A DNA stretch of 64,000 nt from Bacteroidales bacterium (GTDB taxonomy: Bacteria; Bacteroidota; Bacteroidia; Bacteroidales; GCA-2748055), in the NCBI GenBank assembly GCA_021738565.1, contig JAIPBT010000005.1:21508-85507 (forward strand), in the 5' to 3' direction. The translations under genes were made by a program, and so were the position numbers. Below are positions 49,909 through 59,750 of the stretch, piece by piece; position 1 is the stretch's first letter, and each line of letters starts with the position of its first letter. The notes beneath the pieces were generated by a model. The model saw only the letters and a list, made by a program, of their open reading frames with translations, did no database searches and was not told the DNA's origin.

Positions 49909-51036
49909 ATGATAGTACGCAAACTACAATCTTATATCGCAGTCAACCTGAAGCCTGGATTTGCAGTTGGACTATTCGGCGCGAGGAGAACAGGGAAAAC
50001 AGTCCTGATGAATCAACTGGCAGAAAAGATATCAGGGAGGCCTCTTATTATATCTGGCGAAGATTTTGATGTACAGGAATTATTCTCAAGCCAAAAACTA
50101 AATCTTTTTAAGTCTGCTACTTCAGGATACACGCACCTTTTCATTGATGAAGCACAAAAAATCCCAAACATAGGGAACAATCTAAAATTGATTGTCGACA
50201 ACCTCCCGGAACTTGCTGTCTTTTTTACCGGGTCCTCATCATTCGAATTATATAATCAAATTGGGGAACCTTTAACCGGAAGGAGTTTATTCCTGAATCT
50301 TTTTGGCCTTTCGCAGGAAGAACTGGATGAAGATTTCCTTGATGCAAGAAAAGCACTGGAAGAAAAACTCATTTACGGTTTGTATCCTCAGGTTTATCTG
50401 GAACAAGAAATAAAACAAAAGGAAGAAATACTGAATAGTATAAAGAATGGCTACTTGCTCAAAGATATTCTTGAATTTGATCTGCAAAAAGATTCTGTAT
50501 TCATATTAAATCTTTTAAGATTAATAGCTTTCCAGATAGGTCATGACATTTCATATTCTGAATTAGCCGGCAGACTTCAGGTTAACGTTAGGACGGTGCA
50601 ACGATATCTAAATATACTGGAAAAGATGTTCATCATTTTTTCCTTGCCAGGATTTAGCAGGAACATGCGAAATGAGTTCACGAAAACTCCCCGGTATTAC
50701 TTTTGGGACAATGGAATACGAAATGCTTTGATAGCCAACTTAAACCCCATAAATATCAGAAATGACTCCGGACAACTTTGGGAAAACTACTGTATATCTG
50801 AACGGCAAAAATTCCTTTCATTTAACCGGATTACTGCAAACAGGTTTTTCTGGAGGACTTATACTCAGAAAGAAATCGATTATATTGAGGAACGGGAAGG
50901 CTCCCTGTACGCCTATGAAATGAAATACTCAGGAAAGTCATCAAAAGTGCCAGCTGTATTCATGCAAAACTATCCCGATTCAGAGTTCCTTGAGATCAAT
51001 AGAGATAACTTCCTGGACTTTCTAAAATCAAAATAG
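49909..51036 (+). CDS. AAA+ ATPase with DUF4143-type C-terminal domain
   Basis: 375 aa. Walker A GARRTGKT. Walker B HLFIDEAQ. C-terminal FFWRTYTQKEIDYIEE resembles the DUF4143 nuclease-like fold. TATCTTTG (49884-49891) is a -7 box 18 nt upstream. Confidence 0.8.
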   Translation: MIVRKLQSYIAVNLKPGFAVGLFGARRTGKTVLMNQLAEKISGRPLIISGEDFDVQELFSSQKLNLFKSATSGYTHLFIDEAQKIPNIGNNLKLIVDNLPELAVFFTGSSSFELYNQIGEPLTGRSLFLNLFGLSQEELDEDFLDARKALEEKLIYGLYPQVYLEQEIKQKEEILNSIKNGYLLKDILEFDLQKDSVFILNLLRLIAFQIGHDISYSELAGRLQVNVRTVQRYLNILEKMFIIFSLPGFSRNMRNEFTKTPRYYFWDNGIRNALIANLNPINIRNDSGQLWENYCISERQKFLSFNRITANRFFWRTYTQKEIDYIEEREGSLYAYEMKYSGKSSKVPAVFMQNYPDSEFLEINRDNFLDFLKSK

Positions 51037-51069
51037 GAATCCCTTAATTTGGTGTCAACTCCCACTACC

Positions 51070-51175
51070 CTCTCCCCCAAAATCCTGGCGCCAGACTGGC
51101 ACCATAGAGAAAACCAACCAGCGACCCCCCCGGTTATTAGTCAGTACATTATATTTAGGGCCTGCTGAAAAACAG
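51070..51175. repeat. Junction J3: F arm (51070-51114) + degenerate tRNA core (51116-51143) + degenerate B arm (51146-51175)
   Basis: ctctcccccaaaatcctggcgccagactggcaccatagagaaaacc, then aaccagcgacccccccggttattagtcag (tRNA: aaccagcgaccccctgattatgagtcag), then tacattatattt...cctgctgaaaaacag. Confidence 0.6.
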
Positions 51176-51219
51176 AAATAATCTTATAATAAGCATCATA
51201 GGCAGATTATTTATTTATC

Positions 51220-51266
51220 AAATGCAAGGTTTTCAGTCAATATCTGAAAAAACCTTGCATTTTTCG
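51220..51266 (+). terminator. Perfect 14-bp stem-loop followed by a T run
   Basis: aaatgcaaggtttt (51220-51233), 15-nt loop, aaaaccttgcattt (51249-51262), then tt. Confidence 0.4.
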
Positions 51267-51433
51267 AATAATATTTCTTTAGTCTGTAGCACATCATCTA
51301 CCGCGTTGGCTGCGGCTCGCAGTATTGGTATACAGCTTCGCCTTGCCGGCCTTGTAGCTGATGCACTACAGACTTTTTCAGTAAGCCCTATTTAATTCCA
51401 TTATCATATATTTTTGTATACATTTGGAAATAT

Positions 51434-52594
51434 ATGTGGGTTGAATTTCAGGATAAAATGAGACCTTTTCGGGTGTTTTCAGTGCAGGATATTAAGAACG
51501 CAATTTCCATCCATGAATCTGATGAACCTGGTCCGCTGGCAGGAAAAAGGATATATTTTGAAATTGCGCAATCGCTGGTATGCGTTTAACGATGCGGAAA
51601 ACAGTGAAAATATGGAATGACTGGCCGCCAACGTGATCTATTCTCCTTCTTACATTAGTTTACATTCTGCTCTTTCCTGGTATAACCTGATACCGAAAAT
51701 GATAGCCGCAACTACCTCTGATATTACCCGGAAGACTAACAAATTTTCAACCCCTTTGGGATCTATTGATTATCACAGGATAAAACCGGAATTGTTTTGT
51801 TTTGGATATGTACTTGAAGATGTGGATCCCTTCATGGGGTGAACGCGGAAAAAGCAGGAAGATCATGGTAGCCTCCCCTCAGAAAGCACTTCTGGATTTC
51901 TTCTATATCAATAATTATTACAACACTGAGAAAGATATTAAAGATCTGAGGCTGAACGAAACAGAATTGCCAAAAATCATCAACGCCGAGTTTTATCGGG
52001 GGAACCAACCTGCGGATACTTCATCAGATACAACGTTTCAGCGAGAATCTTGACTTTGACTGCTTCAATCTATCCAGGGAAGAATTCATGAATCCTACCG
52101 AAATGGTTTTAGACGGGTTAAGGCAAGAAGGTATTAATGTTGAGGTTGATGACAAGGAAAAGGATCAAAAGCTGGTTGCATTAAGAAGAAATATCGTTTC
52201 CCCTGAATTACCTTTTGATTTGGGCTTCACTGGTCATCGGGAAAAGAAACTCCTGATCAAAATCGAATGCGAACCACATAATTATGAATACGAACCCGAA
52301 AAGCCTATTATACAAAAGTTCAATGTATTCATCCAGATTTTCGCTCCTTCATCTTCTATACTTCTTTCTATGAAATCCGGAGATGTGCTCGAAAGAGGAA
52401 AGGGCCGGGATTTCTATGACTTCATTTTTTTGTCGGGAATAACAGATACGGATTTCGGCTATCTGGAATATAAATTCGGTATTACAAATTTCACTGACCT
52501 GTACGACAGGATTCTGGAATCCTGCCAGGAAATAGATTTCAAACTAAAGTCACGTGACTTTAAAAAACTGGTATTCGACCAGGCAGAAAGCTGA
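51434..52594 (+). pseudogene. Decayed AbiE toxin-antitoxin locus (AbiEi antitoxin fused by deletion to AbiEii nucleotidyltransferase)
   Basis: MWVEFQDKMRPFRVFSVQDIK, then a frameshift to FPSMNLMNLVRWQEKGYILKLRNRWYAF...ENME. An in-frame TGA follows at 51618-51620, then LAANVIYSPSYISLHSALSWYNLIP and further shifts near 51840. From about 52003 the frame reads GGTNLRILHQIQRFSENLDFD, the AbiEii motif, without its N-terminus. Confidence 0.7.
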
Positions 52595-52665
52595 AAAATG
52601 CTTTTCTTTAAGGAGTGCATTCAGCAAAAATATAAGTGTAATCGCAAACAGTAAAATCCTAATCC

Positions 52666-53682
52666 GTGCAAAAAAAATTAAAGATTGATAAGAATTTCAA
52701 ACCATGCCTGACTGATGATGTGGATGAGGTCTATGCGAACGGTATTTTTAAGTTCAATATTTCCAAAATGATTGTGTATCTCCATAACAACCCGGATGTG
52801 TTTGCCCCCTAGACCGTTGTTGTAAAAGAGATATATTCCAAATCTTCTCATATCAATGAAAATCACCTGGATTCTGTAGATGTTTCAAAGCCAATAATAC
52901 TTGCTGAAATCTCGCCGGATCAATACAACCTGATTGATGGTCATCACAGGGCCGAGAAGGCTGTTCGTTCAGGATTGAAAGAGATAAAAGCATATCGGCT
53001 AACTGCCTTCCAGCATATTCAATTCCTGACCCACAAGGAAGGTTATGAGAAGTACGTTGATTACTGGAATGATAAACTCAAGCAGCAGGTAGGAACTTTC
53101 GCAAAGGATACACTATACCACATGCATATAGTATTAATGGGATTTGAGCCGTATATCTGGAGAACGGCCCTGGTTAAACCTGAAATGCCCCTGGCAATTT
53201 TTCACAGGCTCATTCAACAAGTAATGGGATGGCAAGACTTGCACCTTCATCACTTTATTAAGGGGGATACGTTTTATGTTCCCAGACTGGATGATGGCGG
53301 GAGGGGTACGATGAAGCAAGTGGATTACAGTGATCTGTCCATAAAAGATATCCTGACCAAACAACATGAACGCATAATCTACGAATATGATTTCGGGGAT
53401 GGATGGCAGCATGAAATCTGGCTGGATAAGATCGTTACTACCGGAAAGAAAGACCACCCTATATGTCTGAACGGAATGATGCGTTGTCCCCCGGAAGATT
53501 CTGGCGGTGTTTGGGGCTATATGAATGTGCTGGAAAAATTAACCAAGCTGGATGAAGACGAACGAAAGTTATTCCTGGAAGATAATTTTAAGGACGACTT
53601 TAATCCGGATTATTTCGATAAGCATGAAATCAATCAACAATTGAAACAATGGAAAGCAGTATGGCTAAACAAATGGAAATAA
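52666..53682 (+). pseudogene. ParB-like nuclease domain fused to PRiA4_ORF3 (pRiA4b ORF-3-like) domain, interrupted by an in-frame TAG
   Basis: One frame reads from a possible GTG at 52666: VQKKLKIDKNFKPCLTDDVDEVYANGIFKFNISKMIVYLHNNPDVFAP. TAG follows at 52810-52812. Then TVVVKEIY...KPIILAEISPDQYNLIDGHHRAEKAVRSGLKEIKAY (DGHHR ParB/sulfiredoxin motif), then IIYEYDFGDGWQHEIWL (PRiA4_ORF3). The ORF track only calls 52975..53682, from a TTG. Confidence 0.6.
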
Positions 53683-55949
53683 AAAGAGTACCGTATTACA
53701 GGAAACCAAGCGATTTGACAGTTGAAGAATGGCAGTCAGCCCTGAGGAAACAGTACGCCCTGGAGCAGAAATTCAAAGTCAGGAATGTTGGATCCGAGCC
53801 CCTTTATTCAGACTATGAGGTTTATAATCCCGATACCAACAAAACCTACAAAGTATCCATCAGGGATAACATCAGTAGTTTTAATTACTGTTCATGCCCT
53901 GATTTCAGGGTAAACACTTTAGGTACATGCAAACACGTTGAATTTGTCCTTTTGAGCAAACTCCGTTTTAAGAAGTACCAAAAACTTATAACTAAATCAC
54001 AAAAGAACACATATTCTTCCCTGAGTATATACTATGGCAGGGACCGACTGGTCCGGCTCAAAAAAGCAGATCACATCGACAAGTATCCGCGAGAGGAAGA
54101 ATTTTTTGACGATGAGGGATTTCTGCAAACCGGAATGATAACCGAACTGGATACATTTATCCAGGAAGCCGCCCCGATGGACCCGGCATTTCGTATTTAT
54201 CCGGACGTTTTTGAGTTTATCAAAGGACACAAGGAAGCAAAGTCAAGACAAGAAAGGCTGAAGGAGATATTCCCGGACGGAACCAATAGCAAGATCTTTG
54301 ATGATCTAGTCCGCACCAGGCTCTACCCCTACCAGAAAGAAGGGGTGATGGGAATGCTCAGAGCTGGCAGGGTATTGCTTGCCGATGACATGGGGCTTGG
54401 GAAGACCGTTCAGGCTATTGCTGCCGTTGAAGTATTTGCTCGTTTTTTTGGCGTATCAAGGGTACTGATCCTTTGCCCTACTTCTCTGAAATACCAGTGG
54501 AAAAGCGAGATCATGAAATTCACAGGCAGGGAAGCCTGTATCGTGGAAGGTCTGATACATAAAAGAAAAGACCTTTACAGGCAAGACAGTTTTTACAAGA
54601 TCATCAGCTATGGTGTGGTACGCAACGATCTTCACCTTATTGAAGAATTGAAAACCGGGCTTATTATTGTGGACGAGGCTCAACGGATCAAGAACTGGAA
54701 AACGCAAACCGCCCAAGTAGTGAAAAAGATCCGCACTGAATATGCTATCGTCACAACGGGGACTCCACTTGAAAATCGCATTGATGAACTGCATTCAATA
54801 GTGGAATTCCTCGACATGTATAAACTGGGGCCTCTGTTTCGTTTCCTGCACAATCACCAGGTTTTGGATGAGTACGGTAAAATGAGCGGCTACAGGAATC
54901 TTCGAACAATCAAAAAGACCCTTGAGGACATTCTGATCAGAAGAACAAAGAAAGAGATCCAGGACCAACTTCCCGGAAGAATTGATAAAAATTTCTTCGT
55001 TGAAATGACCCGTGAACAGTCCGCTGAACACGAAGACTATTATAATACCGTGTCCCGGCTGGCCAGTAAGTGGATTCAATTAGGATTCCTTGAAGAGGAG
55101 GAACGGCAACTTCTGATGACATGTCTTAATTGCATGCGTATGGTGGCTGATTCGACTTATATCCTCGATCCCAAAACCAACCATGGAAACAAAGTTCCCG
55201 AAGTTACAAGCCTTATCAGGGATCTTATGGAATACAAAGGGAATAAGCTGGTCATTTTCAGCCAGTGGAAAAGGATGTTTGAACTGCTTATCCGGGAATT
55301 CAGAAAAATGGATCTTCAGTTTGTATACCTGAACGGGGATGTGCCAGCCATTCAGCGAAAAAAGATCATTGAGCAATTTCGTGAGGATAAGAACTTTCGT
55401 GTATTCCTTTCAACCGATGCCGGGGGAGTCGGGGTAAACCTGCAACAGGCAAACATCCTGATAAACCTCGATCTGCCCTGGAATCCGGCAGTGCTTGAAC
55501 AACGGATCGGGAGGATATACCGGCTGGGACAAAAAAAGAAGATCCAGGTATTCAATTTCGTATCAGCATATTCAATTGAACATCGCATTCTGCATCTGCT
55601 TGAATTCAAGAAAACTGTATTCGCCGGAGTACTGGAAGAGCAAGGAGAGGACCAGGTCATGATTGAGGGATTCATGAAATCGGTTCAGAACCTGCTCAAC
55701 GTGGATCTTCGCCGAGCAGGTGATATTTTGCCAAAATACATTCAGGAAAGAGAAGAAGTTTTACAGGTAGCTGAAGAAAATGCAGTCCTTGAAAAAGATC
55801 ATCCAGAAAATCCTGTATCCTATGAAAGAGATATAACCCCGCAAAAAAACGGATCTTCGGGAAATGTATTGCCGATGCCAAAAACCGGATTTCAAAGCAG
55901 AATCAGGAAATGGTTCAAATCTGTTTTGTCATTATTTAAGCATTCCTGA
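53649..55949 (+). CDS. SNF2-family helicase/ATPase with N-terminal SWIM zinc finger
   Basis: 766 aa. SWIM: CSCPDFRVNTLGTCKHVEF. Helicase motifs: LLADDMGLGKTVQ (I), IVDEAQRIKN (II), TGTPLENR (III), LSTDAGGVGVNLQ (V), LPWNPAVLEQRIGRIYRLGQ (VI). Three candidate ATGs (53649, 53661, 53673) all overlap the end of the upstream gene (stop at 53680-53682). Confidence 0.9.
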   Translation: MESSMAKQMEIKRVPYYRKPSDLTVEEWQSALRKQYALEQKFKVRNVGSEPLYSDYEVYNPDTNKTYKVSIRDNISSFNYCSCPDFRVNTLGTCKHVEFVLLSKLRFKKYQKLITKSQKNTYSSLSIYYGRDRLVRLKKADHIDKYPREEEFFDDEGFLQTGMITELDTFIQEAAPMDPAFRIYPDVFEFIKGHKEAKSRQERLKEIFPDGTNSKIFDDLVRTRLYPYQKEGVMGMLRAGRVLLADDMGLGKTVQAIAAVEVFARFFGVSRVLILCPTSLKYQWKSEIMKFTGREACIVEGLIHKRKDLYRQDSFYKIISYGVVRNDLHLIEELKTGLIIVDEAQRIKNWKTQTAQVVKKIRTEYAIVTTGTPLENRIDELHSIVEFLDMYKLGPLFRFLHNHQVLDEYGKMSGYRNLRTIKKTLEDILIRRTKKEIQDQLPGRIDKNFFVEMTREQSAEHEDYYNTVSRLASKWIQLGFLEEEERQLLMTCLNCMRMVADSTYILDPKTNHGNKVPEVTSLIRDLMEYKGNKLVIFSQWKRMFELLIREFRKMDLQFVYLNGDVPAIQRKKIIEQFREDKNFRVFLSTDAGGVGVNLQQANILINLDLPWNPAVLEQRIGRIYRLGQKKKIQVFNFVSAYSIEHRILHLLEFKKTVFAGVLEEQGEDQVMIEGFMKSVQNLLNVDLRRAGDILPKYIQEREEVLQVAEENAVLEKDHPENPVSYERDITPQKNGSSGNVLPMPKTGFQSRIRKWFKSVLSLFKHS

Positions 55950-56132
55950 CAGGTTATAGTGTATCACTACTGGTCTGGTTTTCCGAAAAAGTCCATGAAT
56001 AACTTCCCGGGGCCGACACAAGATCCAGTCATATCGAACAGATCCAAAGTTTCCCTGACTGTACCAGTCAATACCATATTGCCTGTACCACGCATTTATC
56101 GTGGTTTGACAACCAACCGTCCTTTTCAAACA

Positions 56133-56253
56133 AAAAACCAACCAGTCGGATCTTACTCCAAATGGTTGGTTGTCAGCTGTTGCCCCCCTTGATTATGAGT
56201 TTCTTTTATTCGATGGATTACATAATATATTCTCGCAATTTCCCGGAAAACTT
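56133..56253. repeat. Junction J4 (degenerate): F-like end, tRNA core remnant (56183-56200), degenerate B arm (56217-56253)
   Basis: aaaaaccaaccag...ctccaaat...cccccc-ttgattatgagt, then attacataatatatt...cccggaaaactt. aaccaaccag/ctggttggtt also forms a hairpin followed by T6 on the minus strand. Confidence 0.45.
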
Positions 56254-56366
56254 ATAGATAGAACGGTTATACCCTTGAAAAATGGTGTCCAAAAAGCAGA
56301 GTATCTTGACTTTCAGTGAGTTTCTTCTTACTTTTATTCTCCAGACAGTTATCAATCCTGCTGCAA

Positions 56367-57767
56367 ATGGCACTAAACCTTTCTTTCGATGATAAATTCC
56401 TGGAGCAGGAGTATCGTGCTACTTATTCGCAGAATAACAGAAATGTAATAAAGCTGGGCATCATCCTTTCCTATGCAGGCTGGATATTCATGACCCTGAT
56501 GGTTCTGCTGTTTACACCTGAGAATTTCTTTCGAGCAAGCCTGCTGGTAACGCTGATCCTATTTCCCCTGTTTGCTTTAACACTCTATATCGTTAATAAA
56601 GAGAACCTGCTGAAGTACTACCAGGGGTCCGCATCAGTAGCAAATGCAATGGCGGCGCTTACCTGGCTGTACATCTCATATTTCCTGATAGAGGACTTGC
56701 TTATCCTCATTTCTTTCTTCACCATGATTGAAGTATTCTGCTTCCTGGTGCTTAAAATCCGATTTCCAATAGCGGTGCTCACGGTTTCCGGTTACATGAT
56801 CATTTATTCAATCTTATTCTTACTTTTTCCATTTGCCTCCAAAGAAACAACACTATTTTTATTTCTTGGAGGATGGGTGAATGTCTTCGTACTGGTCTTT
56901 ATCGGGTATTTCGCGGATCAGACTGAGCGCAGGTTGTTTATCAGCAAGAAAACCACTGCATCCCAGAAAAAGAAACTCCAGGAAGAGTATGAAACAATCA
57001 ACCGTCAAAACAAGATTATCAACGAGAGCATTGCCTATGCCAGGAATATCCAGGATTCACAACTGCCATCCGATCAATATGTGAAGGAGGTGTTAAAGGA
57101 TTGCTTTTTCTTCTACAAACCCCTGCATATTGTCAGTGGTGATTTTTACTGGGTGAAAGAGACGCAAAAGCAGCGCATCTGGATTGCTGCAGATTGCACT
57201 GGTCACGGGGTGCCAGGAGCTTTCATGAGCATGCTTGCAACATCACTCCTGAACGAAGTGGTAAAGGATGATGAACTAAACACCGCCTCTACCCTGCTAG
57301 ATCAACTAAAGCTAAAACTGGTCACGACACTTAAGGACCATTCCAAAAATACCGAGATAAAAGACGGGATGGACCTGGCCCTGTGCATTATGGACAGGTC
57401 CCGTAAAAAGCTGGAATATGCCGGCGCAAACAATCCACTCTACCGGGTTCGTGACGGAGAATTGATAGAATATCCTGCCGACAGGATGCCAATTGGAGAA
57501 CATCACAATCCGGACCAGAAGTTCTCAAAACAGGAGGTTGAAATACAGGAAGGAGATATGATCTACACCTTCTCTGACGGTTATATCGATCAGTTCGGTG
57601 GTGAAAATGGTAAAAAATTTCTCAAAAAGCGATTTAGAAAGATGCTCTGCGAAATCAGCAACAAAGCTACTGAAGAGCAACATGTGATTCTGGAAAAAAC
57701 CATCATTGACTGGATGGGTAAATATGAGCAGATCGATGACATTTTGGTCATTGGCGTTCGTATATAA
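56367..57767 (+). CDS. Membrane-anchored PP2C/SpoIIE-family serine phosphatase
   Basis: The ORF is listed from a GTG at 56316. A likely start is MALNLSFDDKF at 56367. About 6 TM helices, then SGDFYWV...IWIAADCTGHGVPGAFMSM...DGMDLALC...FSDGYIDQFGG, which are SpoIIE motifs. Confidence 0.8.
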   Translation: MALNLSFDDKFLEQEYRATYSQNNRNVIKLGIILSYAGWIFMTLMVLLFTPENFFRASLLVTLILFPLFALTLYIVNKENLLKYYQGSASVANAMAALTWLYISYFLIEDLLILISFFTMIEVFCFLVLKIRFPIAVLTVSGYMIIYSILFLLFPFASKETTLFLFLGGWVNVFVLVFIGYFADQTERRLFISKKTTASQKKKLQEEYETINRQNKIINESIAYARNIQDSQLPSDQYVKEVLKDCFFFYKPLHIVSGDFYWVKETQKQRIWIAADCTGHGVPGAFMSMLATSLLNEVVKDDELNTASTLLDQLKLKLVTTLKDHSKNTEIKDGMDLALCIMDRSRKKLEYAGANNPLYRVRDGELIEYPADRMPIGEHHNPDQKFSKQEVEIQEGDMIYTFSDGYIDQFGGENGKKFLKKRFRKMLCEISNKATEEQHVILEKTIIDWMGKYEQIDDILVIGVRI

Positions 57768-57984
57768 AATCTTTGCAATGGCAACAAATCTTTCCTTACG
57801 GATTTTTCGATAATCTTTTATACGATTAGTGAAAGGTTGCCGGAGTTAATCCAATGGTTTCAAAAGCAGTTTGTCCAATACCTTTTACCATATATATTAT
57901 CCATTCTTCCCAACTATTTGTCTCGCGCACGTTCTGAAGAAGTCTGTAATATTCAGATTTGTTTTTTGAACAATATTTCTTTAG

Positions 57985-58540
57985 TTTAATTTAAAAACCT
58001 ACCGTCTTTGACGGTGGTAATGTTCTTTTGGGTTTGCCTATATTTGTAATATGAGTAAGTATAAGAAGCTTTCGCATGTTATATATAAATGTGATTACCA
58101 CATTGTATGGGTTCCCAAGTATCGATTTCGGATATTGACAGGACAGGTTAAAGCGCTTATAGAGGAAGACATAAATATGTTGTGTGAATAGAAGAAATGT
58201 GAGGTTAAAGAGCTGAGTGTTCAAATTGATCACATTCACCTGGTAGTGTCGGTACCACCCCGGGTATCCATATCTGAATTGATGGGGATATTGAAAGGGA
58301 AACTTGCAATAAAGTTGTTCAGGAGCTATCCCAAGATGAAGCAAAAGCCTTATTGGGGCAATCATTTCTGGGCGCGCGGATACTTTGTCAGTACAGTTGG
58401 GATAGATGAAGACGTAATAAAGCGATACGTCAAGCATCAGGAGAAAGAAGAAAAACTTGCAGAAGATCAACAACATAAGTTTGATTTTTAAAGCCCCCTA
58501 TGGGGGCAACTCAAAGCCACCTTCTAAGAAGGTGGATATT
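57985..58540 (+). mobile_element. IS200/IS605-family element (approximate ends)
   Basis: Subterminal hairpins: accgtctttgacggt (58001-58015) on the left; gccccctatgggggc (58493-58507) and ccaccttctaagaaggtgg (58517-58535) on the right. It contains only a Y1 transposase gene. Confidence 0.7.
58051..58491 (+). pseudogene. tnpA: IS200-type Y1 transposase TnpA with in-frame TAG at codon 47
   Basis: My translation is MSKYKKLSHVIYKCDYHIVWVPKYRFRILTGQVKALIEEDINMLCE*KKCEVKELSVQIDHIHLVVSVPP...YWGNHFWARGYFVSTVG. The HUH motif and catalytic Tyr context are present. The stop at 58189-58191 sits where IS200 TnpA proteins have Trp (LCEWK), so TGG to TAG. The track shows only the distal 81 aa. Confidence 0.8.
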
Positions 58541-58884
58541 TACTGGAATATGTACTTCAGAAGGCAGGGGTAATATTTCAGTATGATTCACGAATTACTT
58601 CCATTAGTTATTTAAGCCGCAGTATTGAAGTGGAGGATAAAACCTATGTTTACCGCAAAATTAAGGGCGAGATAATTGCCAACACAAAGGGGATTTCCAG
58701 GCAAAGTAATCAGGTTAACATCGCCACCGCTGAAAGGGCTTTCCTGGATATTTTATACCTGAATACGAACTATTATTTTGATAATCTGAATCCGCTGAAT
58801 AAGACAAGAGTATATGAACTCCTTCCCATTTATATGTCAAAAGCTTTGGCCGACAGAGTAAAGAAAATTTTTCCTGATGATTGA
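58540..58884 (+). pseudogene. AbiEi-like antitoxin C-terminal fragment, 5' part removed at the IS200 boundary
   Basis: The open frame reads LLEYVLQKAGVIFQYDSRITSISYLSRSIEVEDKTYVYRKIKGEII...IATAERAFLDILYLN. No plausible start exists; the track uses a GTG at 58630. Confidence 0.45.
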
Positions 58885-59006
58885 TTTAAGCAAACGCAAA
58901 TTTCTCCTGATTCAAATCCTGAAAGACATATATTCCGATATTGAACTCGTGAATAGTTTAGGATTCTGTATTTTTTGTATCTTTAAGGTAACCAAATCAT
59001 CTTAAC

Positions 59007-59669
59007 ATGAAATACTGTCTGATCCTTGTGTCAGTAATTATATTTACATCCACTGTTTGTGCTCAGACAATGGCTGTAAAAGGGAAACTGACTGCCTATA
59101 ACTCCTTTCCTGTTATGAATGTGGAGATCTCTTCTAAAAAGGCCAAAGCCACTACCATGTCTGACTCCCTGGGTTACTTTTCCATTGTCTGCCTGGAGAA
59201 GGACGTCGTTCAGATCGAACCCAAAGGCTTTCAACCGGAAAATATAAATGTGAATAATGAAACAGATTTCCTGAAAATCAACCTTATTTTTATCGATACT
59301 AAAAAGAACCGGGAACTGGCTATTAACTCAGGATATCTCACCGAGATTGATCTCAATTATGCCACAGCCAATCTGGCTGAGGAGAACATTGATTACTGCA
59401 AATACACAAACATGCACTCATTGCTCAGAGCCACACTGGGTCCCAGCATTAGTGTTTCCAATTCCGGAGTGATCACCCACAGGGATGGAATCACCTCCTT
59501 TTCTGGCATGTCCCCACCACTGATCATTGTGGATGGTCAAAAAGAAACTTCCATTGACTGGATCAGGCCATGTATTGTCAGGTCCATAAAAGTGCTAAAA
59601 GGCAGCGATGCCCGCATATACGGAACAAGAGGTGACAATGATGTGGTCGTAATTACTACAAAACAATAA
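59007..59669 (+). CDS. Stand-alone carboxypeptidase-regulatory-like + TonB-plug-like protein
   Basis: 220 aa with a signal peptide. VKGKLTAYNSFPVMNVEISS...GYFSIVC (CarbopepD_reg-like). PPLIIVDGQKET...IKVLKGSDARIYGTRGDNDVVVITTK (plug-like). No barrel follows. Confidence 0.6.
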   Translation: MKYCLILVSVIIFTSTVCAQTMAVKGKLTAYNSFPVMNVEISSKKAKATTMSDSLGYFSIVCLEKDVVQIEPKGFQPENINVNNETDFLKINLIFIDTKKNRELAINSGYLTEIDLNYATANLAEENIDYCKYTNMHSLLRATLGPSISVSNSGVITHRDGITSFSGMSPPLIIVDGQKETSIDWIRPCIVRSIKVLKGSDARIYGTRGDNDVVVITTKQ

Positions 59670-59750
59670 CAGGAGATCTATATTTACATTTTGTCCTGCC
59701 TTTCTTTCTTACTTCTTTCTTATTGAAAAAGTTTTGTGACTGTTCATTTT

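Noticed and set aside
52810-52812. TAG reassignment or read-through as an explanation for in-frame TAGs in the ParB/PRiA4 and tnpA genes
   Set aside because: TAG is used as the terminator of confident genes in this window: 17628-17630, 17805-17807 (minus) and 20435-20437 (minus). Ordinary nonsense mutation is the simpler reading.
57991-58476. 161-aa minus-strand ORF
   Set aside because: It is antisense to the IS200 tnpA reading frame. That frame translates into a textbook Y1 transposase apart from one stop codon.
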